Shown piece by piece: positions 7,269-17,553 of a stretch of 30,288 bases of DNA. A program made the position numbers and the translations under genes. The DNA comes from a virus (lineage: Duplodnaviria; Caudoviricetes): positions 1-30,288 of the IMG/VR virus record IMGVR_UViG_3300016484_000084; one strand, 5' to 3'. Positions within the stretch are counted from its first letter, which is position 1, and each line of letters begins with the position of its first letter. A model generated the notes under the pieces. That model was given only the letters and a program-made list of their open reading frames with translations. It searched no databases and had not been told where the DNA came from.

Positions 7269-9389
7269 ATGGCAGAAACTAACCAAACCGATTACGACCC
7301 TCGGATTGACGAGGCCATCAAGTTTTTGGAGTGGGCAAATGATGCCGACACCATGAACCGACAGGAAGCCCTAGAAGATTTGAAGTTTGTAAATGGTGAC
7401 CAATGGCCCATTGAACTCCAAAACAGCCGAAGCCTGGAATCTCGCCCGGTTTTAACCATTAATAAGCTGGACGGTTATTGCCGACAAGTGGTTAACCAGA
7501 TTCGCCAGCAGCGCCCTCACCCTCGCGTGCATGGCATGAACGACCAAGCAGATGCCAAGGTTGCTGAGGTTATCCAAGGCATCATTCGCCACATTGAAGC
7601 CAATTCCAACGCTGACAACGCATACGACACGGCTGCCGATTACGCTGTTCGCATGGGCTGGGGCTTCATTCGCATCCGTACCGACTACATCAACGAGACT
7701 TCTTTTGAGCAAGAAATCTATATTGACCCCGTAGACAACCCGTTTACGGTTTATTTTGACCCTAACTCGGTTTTACCTGACGGGTCGGATGCAGAGAATT
7801 GCCTCATCACCACAATGATGAGCAAAAAGACGTTTAAAAAGATGTACCCCGACGCTGATGCTGAGAATTTCACGCAGCGCGGAACAGGTGACAGTCAAAG
7901 CGAATGGATCACAAAAGAGGATATTCGTCTTGCTGAATACTATTACACGGTACGCGAAAAAGACACACTGCTTTTATTGAGCGACGGAACTTCTATTTTT
8001 GAAAGCCAGTTCAAAAAGCAAGAGCAGATGTTTGTCGGTGCGGGCATTTACCCGATTGATGAGCGCCCCTCCATGCGTAAGCGCATCAAATGGTGCAAAT
8101 TGACCGCTTGCGAGGTCTTGGAAGAGGGTGAATGGGCTGGCAAATATCTCCCGATCATTCCCGTTTATGGCCGCCACTGCGTGATTGGTGACAAACGCAA
8201 GAAGTTTGGCATGGTGCGTCACGCCAAAGACGCGCAACGGATGTACAACTTCTGGCAAACCTCAACCACTGAATCCATTGCCCTGGCCCCCAAAGCCAAA
8301 TGGTTGCTGGCTGAAGGCCAAGACGAGGGACACGAAAATGAATGGGCGCAAGCAAACATTCGTTCTTTCCCAATCCTGCGTTACAAACAGACAGACATTG
8401 AGGGTCGCCCCGCGCCAGTCCCATCCCGTCTGCAACCCGAGCCGCCGCCAGATGGCATCATGGCCGCAACAGGGATGATTGACAACGACATTAAGACGTT
8501 GATGGGCATCTTTGATCCTGCCCAACTTAAACAAGGCAACATTTCAGGCAAAGCACTGAACGGTCAGCAACAGCAAGTTGACCTGTCGAACTTTGACTTT
8601 TACGACAACCTTACAAAGTCGCAGTGCCAAGTGGCTCGTTTGATCTTGGACTTGATCCCGAAGATTTACGACACGCAGCGCGTTTTGCGAATCATTGGCG
8701 AGGATGGTCAGCCTGATTTGGTGACCGTCAATGAGTATGATTCTGTTCAGCAAGTTGTAAAAAACAACCTTGCTGTGGGTCTTTACGATGTAGTGATGGA
8801 CACTGGCCCAGGTTACAACAGCAAACGCCAAGCCGCTGTGGAGGCCATGACACCCATTCTGGCTGCTGACCCCAACTTGATGGGGCAGATTGGCGATTTG
8901 TGGTTCCGTAACATGGACTTCCCGAATGCCGATTTGATTGCAGACCGCTTGGCAACATTGAACCCGCTGGCGCAGATTGACGAAAAGTCTGACATCCCGC
9001 CACAGGTTCAGATGACCATTAAAAACTTGCAGGCACAGAACGAGCAGATGCAACAGGCTTTGCGCCAATTCCAGCTTGATTTGGCGCAGCGCAAGGAAAT
9101 TGAGGGCATGAAACAGCAAGGCGAAACTAACCGCGAACTCATGCGTCAGACCGCCAAAGCGCACAACACCGAGACTATGGCAGAGGTTAAAGTCAATGAC
9201 CAAAATACCCGCGCCATTACATCGCAGAACAAAATGGAAATTGAAGCAATCATGGAATTGCTCATTCACCACATGGACACAAGCCGCCTTGAGCGTGAAA
9301 TTGAGAAACGTAATGCCGAGCAATATGCGTACATGAACGCAGCGGCTGCGGACATTTCGCACCAAGGCAATCCGTTGACCAATATGTAA
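7269..9389 (+). CDS. Portal protein, P22-like
   Basis: 706 aa; GDQW, RPVLTINKL, DAQRMYNFW, ISGKAL; C-terminal Gln-rich helical barrel. Confidence 0.93.
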   Translation: MAETNQTDYDPRIDEAIKFLEWANDADTMNRQEALEDLKFVNGDQWPIELQNSRSLESRPVLTINKLDGYCRQVVNQIRQQRPHPRVHGMNDQADAKVAEVIQGIIRHIEANSNADNAYDTAADYAVRMGWGFIRIRTDYINETSFEQEIYIDPVDNPFTVYFDPNSVLPDGSDAENCLITTMMSKKTFKKMYPDADAENFTQRGTGDSQSEWITKEDIRLAEYYYTVREKDTLLLLSDGTSIFESQFKKQEQMFVGAGIYPIDERPSMRKRIKWCKLTACEVLEEGEWAGKYLPIIPVYGRHCVIGDKRKKFGMVRHAKDAQRMYNFWQTSTTESIALAPKAKWLLAEGQDEGHENEWAQANIRSFPILRYKQTDIEGRPAPVPSRLQPEPPPDGIMAATGMIDNDIKTLMGIFDPAQLKQGNISGKALNGQQQQVDLSNFDFYDNLTKSQCQVARLILDLIPKIYDTQRVLRIIGEDGQPDLVTVNEYDSVQQVVKNNLAVGLYDVVMDTGPGYNSKRQAAVEAMTPILAADPNLMGQIGDLWFRNMDFPNADLIADRLATLNPLAQIDEKSDIPPQVQMTIKNLQAQNEQMQQALRQFQLDLAQRKEIEGMKQQGETNRELMRQTAKAHNTETMAEVKVNDQNTRAITSQNKMEIEAIMELLIHHMDTSRLEREIEKRNAEQYAYMNAAAADISHQGNPLTNM

Positions 9390-9403
9390 ATTCGTGCTAA
9401 AAC
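9375..9403 (+). promoter_or_regulatory. Possible sigma70-type promoter for scaffold/coat
   Basis: TTGACC-17 bp-TAAAAC with an upstream TG; -10 is imperfect. Confidence 0.35.
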
Positions 9404-9412
9404 TTGCACAAA

Positions 9413-9449
9413 CCTTACCCGTGAGGCACACGGGGCAAAAATCGTAGGG
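9413..9449 (+). promoter_or_regulatory. Structured 5' leader of the scaffold gene that occludes the RBS
   Basis: CCGTG-AGGCA-CACGG hairpin enclosed by CCTTAC 9413-9418 / GTAGGG 9444-9449. Confidence 0.55.
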
Positions 9450-9455
9450 ATACGT

Positions 9456-10364
9456 ATGTCCGAAAACCAAGCAAGTCAGATTTTGACGAGCGAAAATGCG
9501 GCTGAGTTCTATGCACAAAAACTGGGGTTAGCCCAAGCGACTGAGGAGCCTGCGGCTGTTGAAGCGGAAACGCCAGCAGAGCCAGAGCCTCAAGATGCTG
9601 ACGGGAGTGAACCAGAAGCGAAAGAGGAAGCCAAAACACAGGAAGAGCGAAAGCAAAATCCTAAACTTGAACGGCGTTTTTCTGAGATCACAAAGCAACG
9701 TGAAGAAGCGCGTAAAGAAGCGCAACGGGAACGTGAGCAGCGTGAAGCCTTAGAAAGACGGCTTGCGGAGTTGGAATCAAAAGCACAGCCCCAAAAGGTT
9801 GAAACTTCTGATGAAGAGCCGCAACCGAGCCAGTTTGCAGATGCGTTTGAATATGCCAAGGCACTCGCTGAGTACACGGCTGACAAGCGAATCGCAGACA
9901 TGAAACGACAGGAAGCCGAGGAAAAGGTTGCCGCTGAACGCCAAAAGGTCATTGACTCTTGGGCGACCAAAGTGCAACAAGCCAAAGCTGATCTGCCAGA
10001 TTTTGATGACATGGTGGCATCTTCAAATGTTGTCGTGTCAGATGCAATTCGTGATTCGATTTTGGAAAGTGAAGTGGGGCCACAACTCCTGTATCACTTG
10101 GCTGAAAACGAAGAACTTGCACAAAGAATCGCAGGAATGTCGGAACGGGCTGCGCTGAAAGAGTTGGGGAAACTTGAGGCAAAGTTTGAAAACAAGTCTC
10201 AAGAGCCAGAGCAGAAACCTGTGGCGAAAAGCAAAGCACCTGCGCCTGTTCGCCCTATCAAAGCTGCCGCCGGAGTAGCAGACATTAAACTGGACAGTGA
10301 TGGAAAGTTTTATGGAAGTTACGCTGAGTGGAAAGCAATGAGACAGGCTGGCAAGATCAGGTAA
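9456..10364 (+). CDS. Scaffolding protein
   Basis: Acidic coiled coil between portal and coat; ends KAPAPVRP...YAEWKAMR. Confidence 0.85.
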   Translation: MSENQASQILTSENAAEFYAQKLGLAQATEEPAAVEAETPAEPEPQDADGSEPEAKEEAKTQEERKQNPKLERRFSEITKQREEARKEAQREREQREALERRLAELESKAQPQKVETSDEEPQPSQFADAFEYAKALAEYTADKRIADMKRQEAEEKVAAERQKVIDSWATKVQQAKADLPDFDDMVASSNVVVSDAIRDSILESEVGPQLLYHLAENEELAQRIAGMSERAALKELGKLEAKFENKSQEPEQKPVAKSKAPAPVRPIKAAAGVADIKLDSDGKFYGSYAEWKAMRQAGKIR

Positions 10365-10398
10365 AACCCTTTTTTGTCCATAATCTTGGAGTAAAAAC

Positions 10399-11637
10399 AT
10401 GAGCAATAATTTGCTTACCATTAGCAAGATCACCAACGAGGCGTTGATGGTCTTGGAAAACGAATTGACCTTCTCGCAAGGCGTTGACCGCAACTACGAC
10501 GACCAATTTGCCGTTGTGGGTGCAAAAATCGGTAACACCTTGAACGTCCGTAAACCCGGTCGTTTCATCGGTACTACTGGCCCCGCCTTGAACGTTGAAG
10601 ATTTCAACGAAACCAGCGTGCCCGTCACTCTGTCCACACAATTCCACGTTGATACCCAGTTCACCACTCAGGACTTGGCTCTGTCGTTGGATATGTTCTC
10701 GGATCGCGTGTTGAAGCCCGCTATTGCCGCTATTGCCAACAAGATTGACTATGACGGCACGACCTTGGCTGCTAACAACACGGCTAACATCGTCGGAACC
10801 CCTGGCACTCCCTCGACTGACTTTGGCACTTACCTGACTGCCCAAGCCTATCTGGATGCCGAAGGTGCGCCCCGTGATGGCCGCCGCACCTGCGTGTTGG
10901 AACCCTTCACCTCTGCCACTATCGTGAACAGCCTGAAAACTCTGTTTGTGCCGCAAGAAGCCATTGGCTCGCAGTACAAAAAGGGTATGATGGGCCGTGA
11001 CACCGCTGGTATGGACTGGAAAATGGATCAGAACATTTACAGCCACACTTTCGGTTCGTTCGCTGGCACAGCAACTTGCAGCACCACCGCCGCCTCTGGT
11101 TTCTTGACCTCTGGCTGGGCTTCTAGCTCTACCATCACCATCACATCGACTGGTGCTGTGAGCCTGAAGCAAGGTGACGTTATCACTATTGATGGCGTGT
11201 ACGCAGTCAACCCACAGAACCGCCAAGCCTACGGCTCTAACAAGCTCCGTAACTTTGTGGTGAACGCAGCCGCTTCTGGCACTGGCACATCGTTTACTGT
11301 GAACGTCAGCCCCGCTGTTATCAGCGCAGGTCAGTTCCAAAACGTGAGCATCCCGTCCACAAGCACCACTGCTACTGTGAACTTCTACAACAAGACTGGT
11401 GCTGTGTCGCCCCAGAACATCATCATGCACCGCAACGCTTTCACATTGGCTACCGCCGATTTGGAATTGCCTGAAGGCGTGCATTTCGCAGGTCGCGCAT
11501 CTGACAAAGATGTTGGCTTGTCGATCCGTGTTGTTCGCCAGTACACCATCAACAACGATTCGATCCCGACTCGTTTGGATGTTCTGTACGGTTGGGCACC
11601 TCTGTACCCTGAATTGGCTTGCCGCGTTGCCAGCTAA
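10399..11637 (+). CDS. Major capsid protein, P22 coat (gp5) family
   Basis: AKIGNTLNVRKP, LKPAIAAIANKID, GDVITIDGVYAVNP, RLDVLYGW. Confidence 0.95.
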   Translation: MSNNLLTISKITNEALMVLENELTFSQGVDRNYDDQFAVVGAKIGNTLNVRKPGRFIGTTGPALNVEDFNETSVPVTLSTQFHVDTQFTTQDLALSLDMFSDRVLKPAIAAIANKIDYDGTTLAANNTANIVGTPGTPSTDFGTYLTAQAYLDAEGAPRDGRRTCVLEPFTSATIVNSLKTLFVPQEAIGSQYKKGMMGRDTAGMDWKMDQNIYSHTFGSFAGTATCSTTAASGFLTSGWASSSTITITSTGAVSLKQGDVITIDGVYAVNPQNRQAYGSNKLRNFVVNAAASGTGTSFTVNVSPAVISAGQFQNVSIPSTSTTATVNFYNKTGAVSPQNIIMHRNAFTLATADLELPEGVHFAGRASDKDVGLSIRVVRQYTINNDSIPTRLDVLYGWAPLYPELACRVAS

Positions 11638-11645
11638 TTGATTTG

Positions 11646-11665
11646 GTGGGGGAGAAATCCCCCGC
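11646..11665 (+). terminator. GAAA-tetraloop hairpin after the coat gene (weak terminator or mRNA stabiliser)
   Basis: GTGGGGGA-GAAA-TCCCCCGC followed by a poor U-tract (TTCTC). Confidence 0.5.
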
Positions 11666-11695
11666 TTCTCAAACTCTTTTTGTAAGGAAACGAAA

Positions 11696-11929
11696 ATGTC
11701 TAATCCAGGACCAGCATCAACCCAAACCCCCGTTTATTTGCTGAACGGCAACGCCGCAGACGGTTCGCTTATCGCAGCCGCAGGTGGCAAAGTGGGTTTC
11801 TATGGCACAACTCCCGTGGTTCAAGCAGGCGCAATTACTGCCCTGCCCACAACCCCGACCACAGCCGAAATCGTCACTGCGGTGAATGATTTGATTACTG
11901 CTTTGCAGAATGTCGGCCTCACAGCCTAA
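11696..11929 (+). CDS. Putative head decoration / head fibre protein
   Basis: Follows the coat gene; KVGFYGTTPVVQ...VNDLITALQNVGL; AAGGA SD. Confidence 0.65.
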   Translation: MSNPGPASTQTPVYLLNGNAADGSLIAAAGGKVGFYGTTPVVQAGAITALPTTPTTAEIVTAVNDLITALQNVGLTA

Positions 11930-11948
11930 GTTCTAAGCAGTTGCCTTG

Positions 11949-11979
11949 GGGCTATCCTCGAAAGGGGGTAGCCCTTTTT
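11949..11979 (+). terminator. Rho-independent terminator
   Basis: GGGCTATCCTC-GAAA-GGGGGTAGCCC then TTTTT. Confidence 0.85.
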
Positions 11980-11993
11980 ACATTGGAGACACG

Positions 11994-12653
11994 ATGCACG
12001 TAATGATTGCGATACCCGCTTACACGGGTGTGGTTCATGTAGCCACAATGCGCTCACTGTTTAATGATTTGCTTGAGTTGGTCAAAAGGGGTGACAGATT
12101 CACGCTGGTTGACGATATTGGCAATGCTTTAATTGCCGACTCAAGAGGCGTAATTGCCACTAAATTTTGGGAGTCAGATTGTGACTGCTTGGTTTTTGTC
12201 GATAACGACGTTTCTTGGCAGGACGGCGGCTTACTTAGGATTGTTGATGCTCCTGTCGATCTTGTGGGTGGGGTGTATCCTGCTCGTCGCGACCCTATCT
12301 CTTACCCAATTCATTATCTCGAAAAAGAAGAATTGTGGGCAGACCCACAAACGGGGCTTTTAGAGGTCAAATCAATTCCAACTGGGTTCATGAAAATCAG
12401 CCGAAACTGCATCGCTAAGATGATTGAGGCGTACCCTGAAAAACACTATTACACAGCCGAAAGAGACAAGCAGTTTTATCCATTGTTTGACCATGTTTTT
12501 GAAGATGGTTACAAATATGGCGAGGACTTCAGCTTCTGTATTCGCTGGCGCAAAATCGGGGGGCAAGTTTGGATTGACCCTGAAATGCACATGGGGCACA
12601 CTGGCCTCAAAATATTCAAAGGCCACATCGGGAATTGGTTAAAAAACCGCTGA
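11994..12653 (+). CDS. GT-A fold glycosyltransferase (GT2-like)
   Basis: IAIPAY, VFVDND (DxD), TGFMKISR, GEDFSFC.RW, HMGH; GGAG SD before ATG 11994. Confidence 0.85.
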   Translation: MHVMIAIPAYTGVVHVATMRSLFNDLLELVKRGDRFTLVDDIGNALIADSRGVIATKFWESDCDCLVFVDNDVSWQDGGLLRIVDAPVDLVGGVYPARRDPISYPIHYLEKEELWADPQTGLLEVKSIPTGFMKISRNCIAKMIEAYPEKHYYTAERDKQFYPLFDHVFEDGYKYGEDFSFCIRWRKIGGQVWIDPEMHMGHTGLKIFKGHIGNWLKNR

Positions 12654-12692
12654 TTGGGCTAGAATTCAACCATTCTTTGCAAAGGAATCATC

Positions 12693-13037
12693 ATGCCGAT
12701 TACCTCCAATTATTTCCGTCCAATTGGCGTAACTCACGCAATTTCTGTTGGCGCAAGTGCCACATCGGAAGTAAAAATCAACAATTCAAGCAATGACCAA
12801 AATAACACGGTGGCTCTGTTGAACACTGGTTCAACTTCCGTTGCTGTAAAGTTTGGCCAGTCTGGTGTATCTGCCCCTGTTTTGCCTGTGAGTGGCTCCA
12901 CAACTGGCGACTTTGTGCTGCCTCCCAATATGATTACCCCTCTTGTGTACGCAGTACCCACAACCCCAAGTTATGTTCGCATGATTGGATCAGGCGCTGG
13001 CCCGTCCATCGTCTACGTTACACCTGTCGGCGCTTAA
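12693..13037 (+). CDS. Putative small beta-sandwich virion protein
   Basis: Ser/Thr/Pro-rich beta pattern, AAGGA SD, inside the structural module. Confidence 0.6.
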   Translation: MPITSNYFRPIGVTHAISVGASATSEVKINNSSNDQNNTVALLNTGSTSVAVKFGQSGVSAPVLPVSGSTTGDFVLPPNMITPLVYAVPTTPSYVRMIGSGAGPSIVYVTPVGA

Positions 13038-13055
13038 TTTTTAAAGGGGGCAGGA

Positions 13056-15806
13056 ATGTCAGACCCCGCAGAGTCATCAGTTCAAAACCTACTGCCTGTT
13101 CAGGCGTACTTTGACACTGACGGAAATTTTCAGACTTTTATTGGTCAGGGAAAACCGTTTTATGCAACGGTTAACCCTTCCCAATCGGGTCTGCACATCA
13201 CAAACAGCACGATTGACTCAACCACAATCGGTGCAACAACCCCGTCCACTGGTGTTTTCACAAACATCAGCACAACCACAGGCACGATTGCAACCACTCC
13301 AGCAAACTCGCTGGACATTGCAAACAAGCAATACGTTGATGACGTAGCCCAGGGGCTGAGTTTCAAACAGGCTTGCGTTTACACAACGACAGGCGACATT
13401 ACCCTTTCTGGCCTTGCCACACAATCTGGCGGTGATTGGGCATCATCCCTGACCGCTGGTGACCGCATTTTGGTCAAAAACCAAACAGCTACGGCTGACA
13501 ACGGTATTTATGTTGCTACCTCTGGCGCATGGTCACGTTCCGCAGACATGAATACATGGGCAGAAGTGCCTAGTTCGTATGTTTTCATTCAGCAGGGAAC
13601 AGTAAACCTAGACACAAGTTGGGTTTGCACAAGTGACGCAGGCGGCACGATTGGTGTCACGCCAATCACGTTTGTCCAATTTGGTTCATCTGGCACATAC
13701 ACCGCAGGAACTGGCCTTGGGTTGGCTGGAAACCAGTTCTATATTGCCAACACAACCGTCACGGCGGGTTCGTATGGAACAGCAGCAAAAACGCTGTCGC
13801 TCGGCGTAAATGCTCAAGGCCAACTGACCTCAGTTTCAGCCACTGACATTGCCATCGCTGCATCGCAGGTTACCTCTGGCACGTTTGATTCTGCTCGATT
13901 GTCTGGTTCTTACACAGGAATTACAGGCGTTGGCACACTGACAGCAGGCACATGGAACGCCAACACAATCGGCGTTGCTTATGGCGGCACAGGCGCAACC
14001 ACGTTCACGGCTGGTTACCTCAAAGCGAATGGCACAACCGCTTTCAGCACTGTTTCAAGTATTCCAAGCTCAGACATTACTGGCTTGGGCACGATGGCAA
14101 CGCAAGATGCGTCAAACGTGGCAATCACAGGCGGTTCTGCGGCCCTTGGTACGCTTAAAACGCTTGGGCTGACGGGTTACCTGTATGGGAACGATACAAG
14201 CGCTGTAACGGCCTCCACAACGATCCCAAGCTCGGCAATCAGCGGTCTTGGCACAATGGCTGTTCAAAACGCCAACAGTGTGAACATCACTGGCGGCACA
14301 GCCACTGGCCTGACCAACTTGGGCGCGGATTATCTGCAACTTAATACAGGTGCGACAGTCACTGCGGCGGTTGGCAAAGTTTGGTGGGATGGCGGCACGA
14401 CTTTAAACATTGGGATGACCTCAAACGTCACCCAAAAAGTCGGTGAAGATCAGTTTTATTACGTCAAAGCCTCAAGTGCCATCACAAAAGGCCAAGTCTG
14501 TATGTTTACAGGCTCTGTGGGCGCGTCTGGTGTCATTACCGCTGCGCCGGCCACAGGTGTGACCGATGGCTCTTACATTGTTGGCATTGCCGCAGAATCG
14601 ATTGCATTGAATGGCTTTGGTGTCATTCAGTCGTTTGGCATTTTGCGTAACGTGGACACCTCGGCTTTTGCTGATGGCGATATTCTTTGGTACAACCCTG
14701 CGGTCACTGGCGGGCTGACCAAAACACAACCATCTGCGCCAAACGTCAAAGTGCAAATGGCTGCTGTGGTCAATGGCGGCTCGTCTGGTGGTGGCACGAT
14801 TCAAATTCGCGTTAATGCTGGCTCGGTATTGGGCGGCACAGACAGTAACGTTCAGTTTGGCTCTTTGTCCAATAACGACCTGATCCAATATGACAGCGGC
14901 CTGCAATACTGGAAAAACGTTGCGCCAAGCACAGTCTCGGTTGGAACTGCAACCAATCTGGCTGGCGGTGGGGCTGGTTATGTCCCATATCAGTCTGGTT
15001 CTGGTGCTACATCTTTCCTGTCGGCTGGCACTATTGGGCAAGTTCTGACCTCAAACGGGTCAAGTGCGCCAACATGGACAACGCCTGCGTCTGCCATCAC
15101 GATTTCTGATGACACGACCACAAACGCAACTCGTTACCCGCTATTTGCCAACCAAACCACTGGATCGGCATCTACGGAATATGTCAGTTCAACCAAACTG
15201 CAATACAACCCATCAACAGGCGAATTCACATCCACCTCGTTTACGGGTGCAGGCACTGGTCTAACAGGAACTGCGTCAAGCCTTTCGATTGGAGGCAATG
15301 CAGCGACAGCTACAAGCGCGACCACATCCACCAATTTGGCGGGCGGCGCAAACGGCTCTGTGCCTTATCAAACCGCATCGGGAACAACAACCTTCTTGGC
15401 TGCCGGAACAAATGGGTATGTTTTGACTTTGGCTGGTGGAGTTCCAACATGGGCAGCCGCTGCAAGTTCTGGTCTTACCATTACCGATGACACAACAACC
15501 AATGCAACCCGTTATTTGACGTTTACAAGCGCCACAACGGGGTCAATCACTGGTGAAAACGTAGCGTCTACCAAGCTGCAATTTAATCCGTCAACAGGTC
15601 TTTTAAGCTCCACTAGCGTGACAGCTTCCAATACTGTTACTGGGGCTTTGGTTAATGCTACAAATGGCATTTACATCAACAATTTGACGATCTCATCAAA
15701 TTATTCGGTTCCTAGTGGATCAAGCGCAATGTCAGTTGGCCCTGTGACAATATCAAGCGGAATTTCCGTAACAGTTGCAAGCGGTTCTAAATGGGTTGTT
15801 TTGTAA
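13056..15806 (+). CDS. Long Gly/Ser/Thr-rich fibre protein
   Basis: ANKQYVD, GDRILVKNQT..NGIYV, internal repeats, C-terminal VTVASGSKWVVL. Confidence 0.85.
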   Translation: MSDPAESSVQNLLPVQAYFDTDGNFQTFIGQGKPFYATVNPSQSGLHITNSTIDSTTIGATTPSTGVFTNISTTTGTIATTPANSLDIANKQYVDDVAQGLSFKQACVYTTTGDITLSGLATQSGGDWASSLTAGDRILVKNQTATADNGIYVATSGAWSRSADMNTWAEVPSSYVFIQQGTVNLDTSWVCTSDAGGTIGVTPITFVQFGSSGTYTAGTGLGLAGNQFYIANTTVTAGSYGTAAKTLSLGVNAQGQLTSVSATDIAIAASQVTSGTFDSARLSGSYTGITGVGTLTAGTWNANTIGVAYGGTGATTFTAGYLKANGTTAFSTVSSIPSSDITGLGTMATQDASNVAITGGSAALGTLKTLGLTGYLYGNDTSAVTASTTIPSSAISGLGTMAVQNANSVNITGGTATGLTNLGADYLQLNTGATVTAAVGKVWWDGGTTLNIGMTSNVTQKVGEDQFYYVKASSAITKGQVCMFTGSVGASGVITAAPATGVTDGSYIVGIAAESIALNGFGVIQSFGILRNVDTSAFADGDILWYNPAVTGGLTKTQPSAPNVKVQMAAVVNGGSSGGGTIQIRVNAGSVLGGTDSNVQFGSLSNNDLIQYDSGLQYWKNVAPSTVSVGTATNLAGGGAGYVPYQSGSGATSFLSAGTIGQVLTSNGSSAPTWTTPASAITISDDTTTNATRYPLFANQTTGSASTEYVSSTKLQYNPSTGEFTSTSFTGAGTGLTGTASSLSIGGNAATATSATTSTNLAGGANGSVPYQTASGTTTFLAAGTNGYVLTLAGGVPTWAAAASSGLTITDDTTTNATRYLTFTSATTGSITGENVASTKLQFNPSTGLLSSTSVTASNTVTGALVNATNGIYINNLTISSNYSVPSGSSAMSVGPVTISSGISVTVASGSKWVVL

Positions 15807-15815
15807 GGAATCTGT

Positions 15816-16127
15816 ATGTTTAACTGGAAAATCACAGATATTCAAGCCTCGGATGGCTTGATAACTCAAGCTAAATATCATGTGACTTTAAGTAAAGATG
15901 GTGAAACCATTGAAACTGAAGGTCATTGGCGATTTGGCGATCCTGTTGCCAAAGTCGCTTTTGACCAAGTGACAGAGGAAATGGTTATTGATTGGGTGAA
16001 GGAAGAAGCTACCCAATATGGTAAGAACATCATAGAATCATCTTTAACGGAACAGCTTGAACGCCTGAAAGCACCTAAAGTCTTGCCGCCTTGGGTTCCG
16101 CAAGTTTTTTCATTGGATCAAAAATGA
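15816..16127 (+). CDS. Fibre-associated small protein (putative chaperone)
   Basis: FNWKIT...[14 protein letters not shown]...PPW; follows the fibre gene. Confidence 0.6.
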   Translation: MFNWKITDIQASDGLITQAKYHVTLSKDGETIETEGHWRFGDPVAKVAFDQVTEEMVIDWVKEEATQYGKNIIESSLTEQLERLKAPKVLPPWVPQVFSLDQK

Positions 16128-17107
16128 CAAAACCAATAGACATTATCAGTAGGGCGCTCAAAGACATTGGCGCTTTAGAGGCGGGTGAAACGCCGACTCC
16201 AGAAGCCGCGCAAGATGCGTTTGATATGTTTAATGACTTGATTGACCAATGGTCAAACGAGCATTACATGGTGTTTAACGTGACAGAGATCATCTTTCCT
16301 GTGGTCGCTGGACAAACCCAATACACCATTGGCCCAAACCCAAGCACATCAAACTTTATTGGCGCATCTTTCACGGGGTCAATTTCTGGAAATGTGCTGA
16401 CGGTTTCTGGAATCAGCTCTGGCGCTGTGGCTCAAGGTCAAACATTGAGTGGCACAGGAATCACGCAGGGCACAAAGATTGTGCGAAACCTGACAGGTGC
16501 CGGCGGCAACGTAAACGAGCAGGGAACTTATGAGGTAAACATTTCCCAAACTGTTGCCTCAACAACAATCACTGCTTATTACCAAAAACCTTTGAGCATT
16601 GATTCTGCGTTTGTGCGTATCAATACAACATCAAACGGACAGCCGATTTTGAACGGCGGTTTGGACTATCCGATTTCTGTTTTGGCTTTGCAGGAATATG
16701 AGTTGATTGGCTTGAAAACGCTTAATGGCCCGTGGCCTAAGGCGATTTATTTCAATCCCAATGAAGAATCTGGCAACTTGTTTGTGTGGCCTAACCCTTC
16801 TCAGGGCGAAATGCACTTGTTTGCCAATACTATTTTCAGCCGTTACGACACCATGTATTCAGACATTGTGATGCCGCAGGGTTACATGATGGCTTTTCGC
16901 TGGTGCTTGGCTGAACGTCTGATGCCTATGTATGGCAAGAGTTCTACGAACCAGATTGAGCTGGTGAATTCCTTTGCTGCTCAAGCAAAAGCTACGCTGA
17001 AGCGCACAAACATGGCCCCGATCCAAACCGCTCAGTTCCCTGATGCACTATTGACAGGCAAAGCAAAAGATGCCGGATGGATTTTGTCTGGTGGTTTCTT
17101 TAGGTAA
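16124..17107 (+). CDS. Head-to-tail adaptor (P22 gp4-like) with an inserted beta domain
   Basis: [11 protein letters not shown]...[15 protein letters not shown] and [10 protein letters not shown]; ATGA coupling. Confidence 0.75.
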   Translation: MTKPIDIISRALKDIGALEAGETPTPEAAQDAFDMFNDLIDQWSNEHYMVFNVTEIIFPVVAGQTQYTIGPNPSTSNFIGASFTGSISGNVLTVSGISSGAVAQGQTLSGTGITQGTKIVRNLTGAGGNVNEQGTYEVNISQTVASTTITAYYQKPLSIDSAFVRINTTSNGQPILNGGLDYPISVLALQEYELIGLKTLNGPWPKAIYFNPNEESGNLFVWPNPSQGEMHLFANTIFSRYDTMYSDIVMPQGYMMAFRWCLAERLMPMYGKSSTNQIELVNSFAAQAKATLKRTNMAPIQTAQFPDALLTGKAKDAGWILSGGFFR

Positions 17108-17112
17108 TTGAT

Positions 17113-17544
17113 ATGGCATACGGAACCGCAAACGTTGATGTAATCCAGAGTAGCACTGCTGGCACGCCTGTTCAATTCAATGATGGCAACGGCACGCAGG
17201 TGGGTACATTGTGTCGTGCTTGGGTGAACTTTAACGGACTTTCTGGAGCAAGTCCTGTTATTCGTGCGTCGTTTAATGTGAGTAGTGTTGTTCGTAGCGC
17301 CACGGGCGACTATACAGTTAATTTTACAAACGCTTTGTCAGATTCAAATTATTCAGTTTGCGGCTCTTGTCTTGGCGGCTCCTCTAGTGGCTCTAATTAT
17401 GTTTTGTTTGGTGGTAAAAATGCTAATACAACCAATACACAAACAACCAGTGCCGTACAAATTACTACTGCGTATGTTGCATCTACTGGTGGCGTTGGTG
17501 GTTTAATAGACCATCCTGTAATTAGCGTTTCTGTTTTCAGATAA
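17113..17544 (+). CDS. Small fibre-tip / receptor-binding-like protein A
   Basis: AWVNFNG...IRASFNVSSV...GDYTVNFTNALSDSNY. Confidence 0.7.
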   Translation: MAYGTANVDVIQSSTAGTPVQFNDGNGTQVGTLCRAWVNFNGLSGASPVIRASFNVSSVVRSATGDYTVNFTNALSDSNYSVCGSCLGGSSSGSNYVLFGGKNANTTNTQTTSAVQITTAYVASTGGVGGLIDHPVISVSVFR

Positions 17545-17553
17545 GAGGCCAAC

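Noticed and set aside
8544-9518. 324-aa minus-strand ORF
   Set aside because: Antisense shadow of the portal/scaffold genes
10357-11484. 375-aa minus-strand ORF
   Set aside because: Antisense shadow of the codon-biased coat gene; no recognisable motifs
5973-11637. Introns, inteins or stop-codon recoding in core genes
   Set aside because: TerL, portal and coat are uninterrupted and of normal length in the standard code
12637-12665. Promoter at TAGAAT 12660-12665
   Set aside because: Good -10 but no convincing -35 or extended TG; insufficient support
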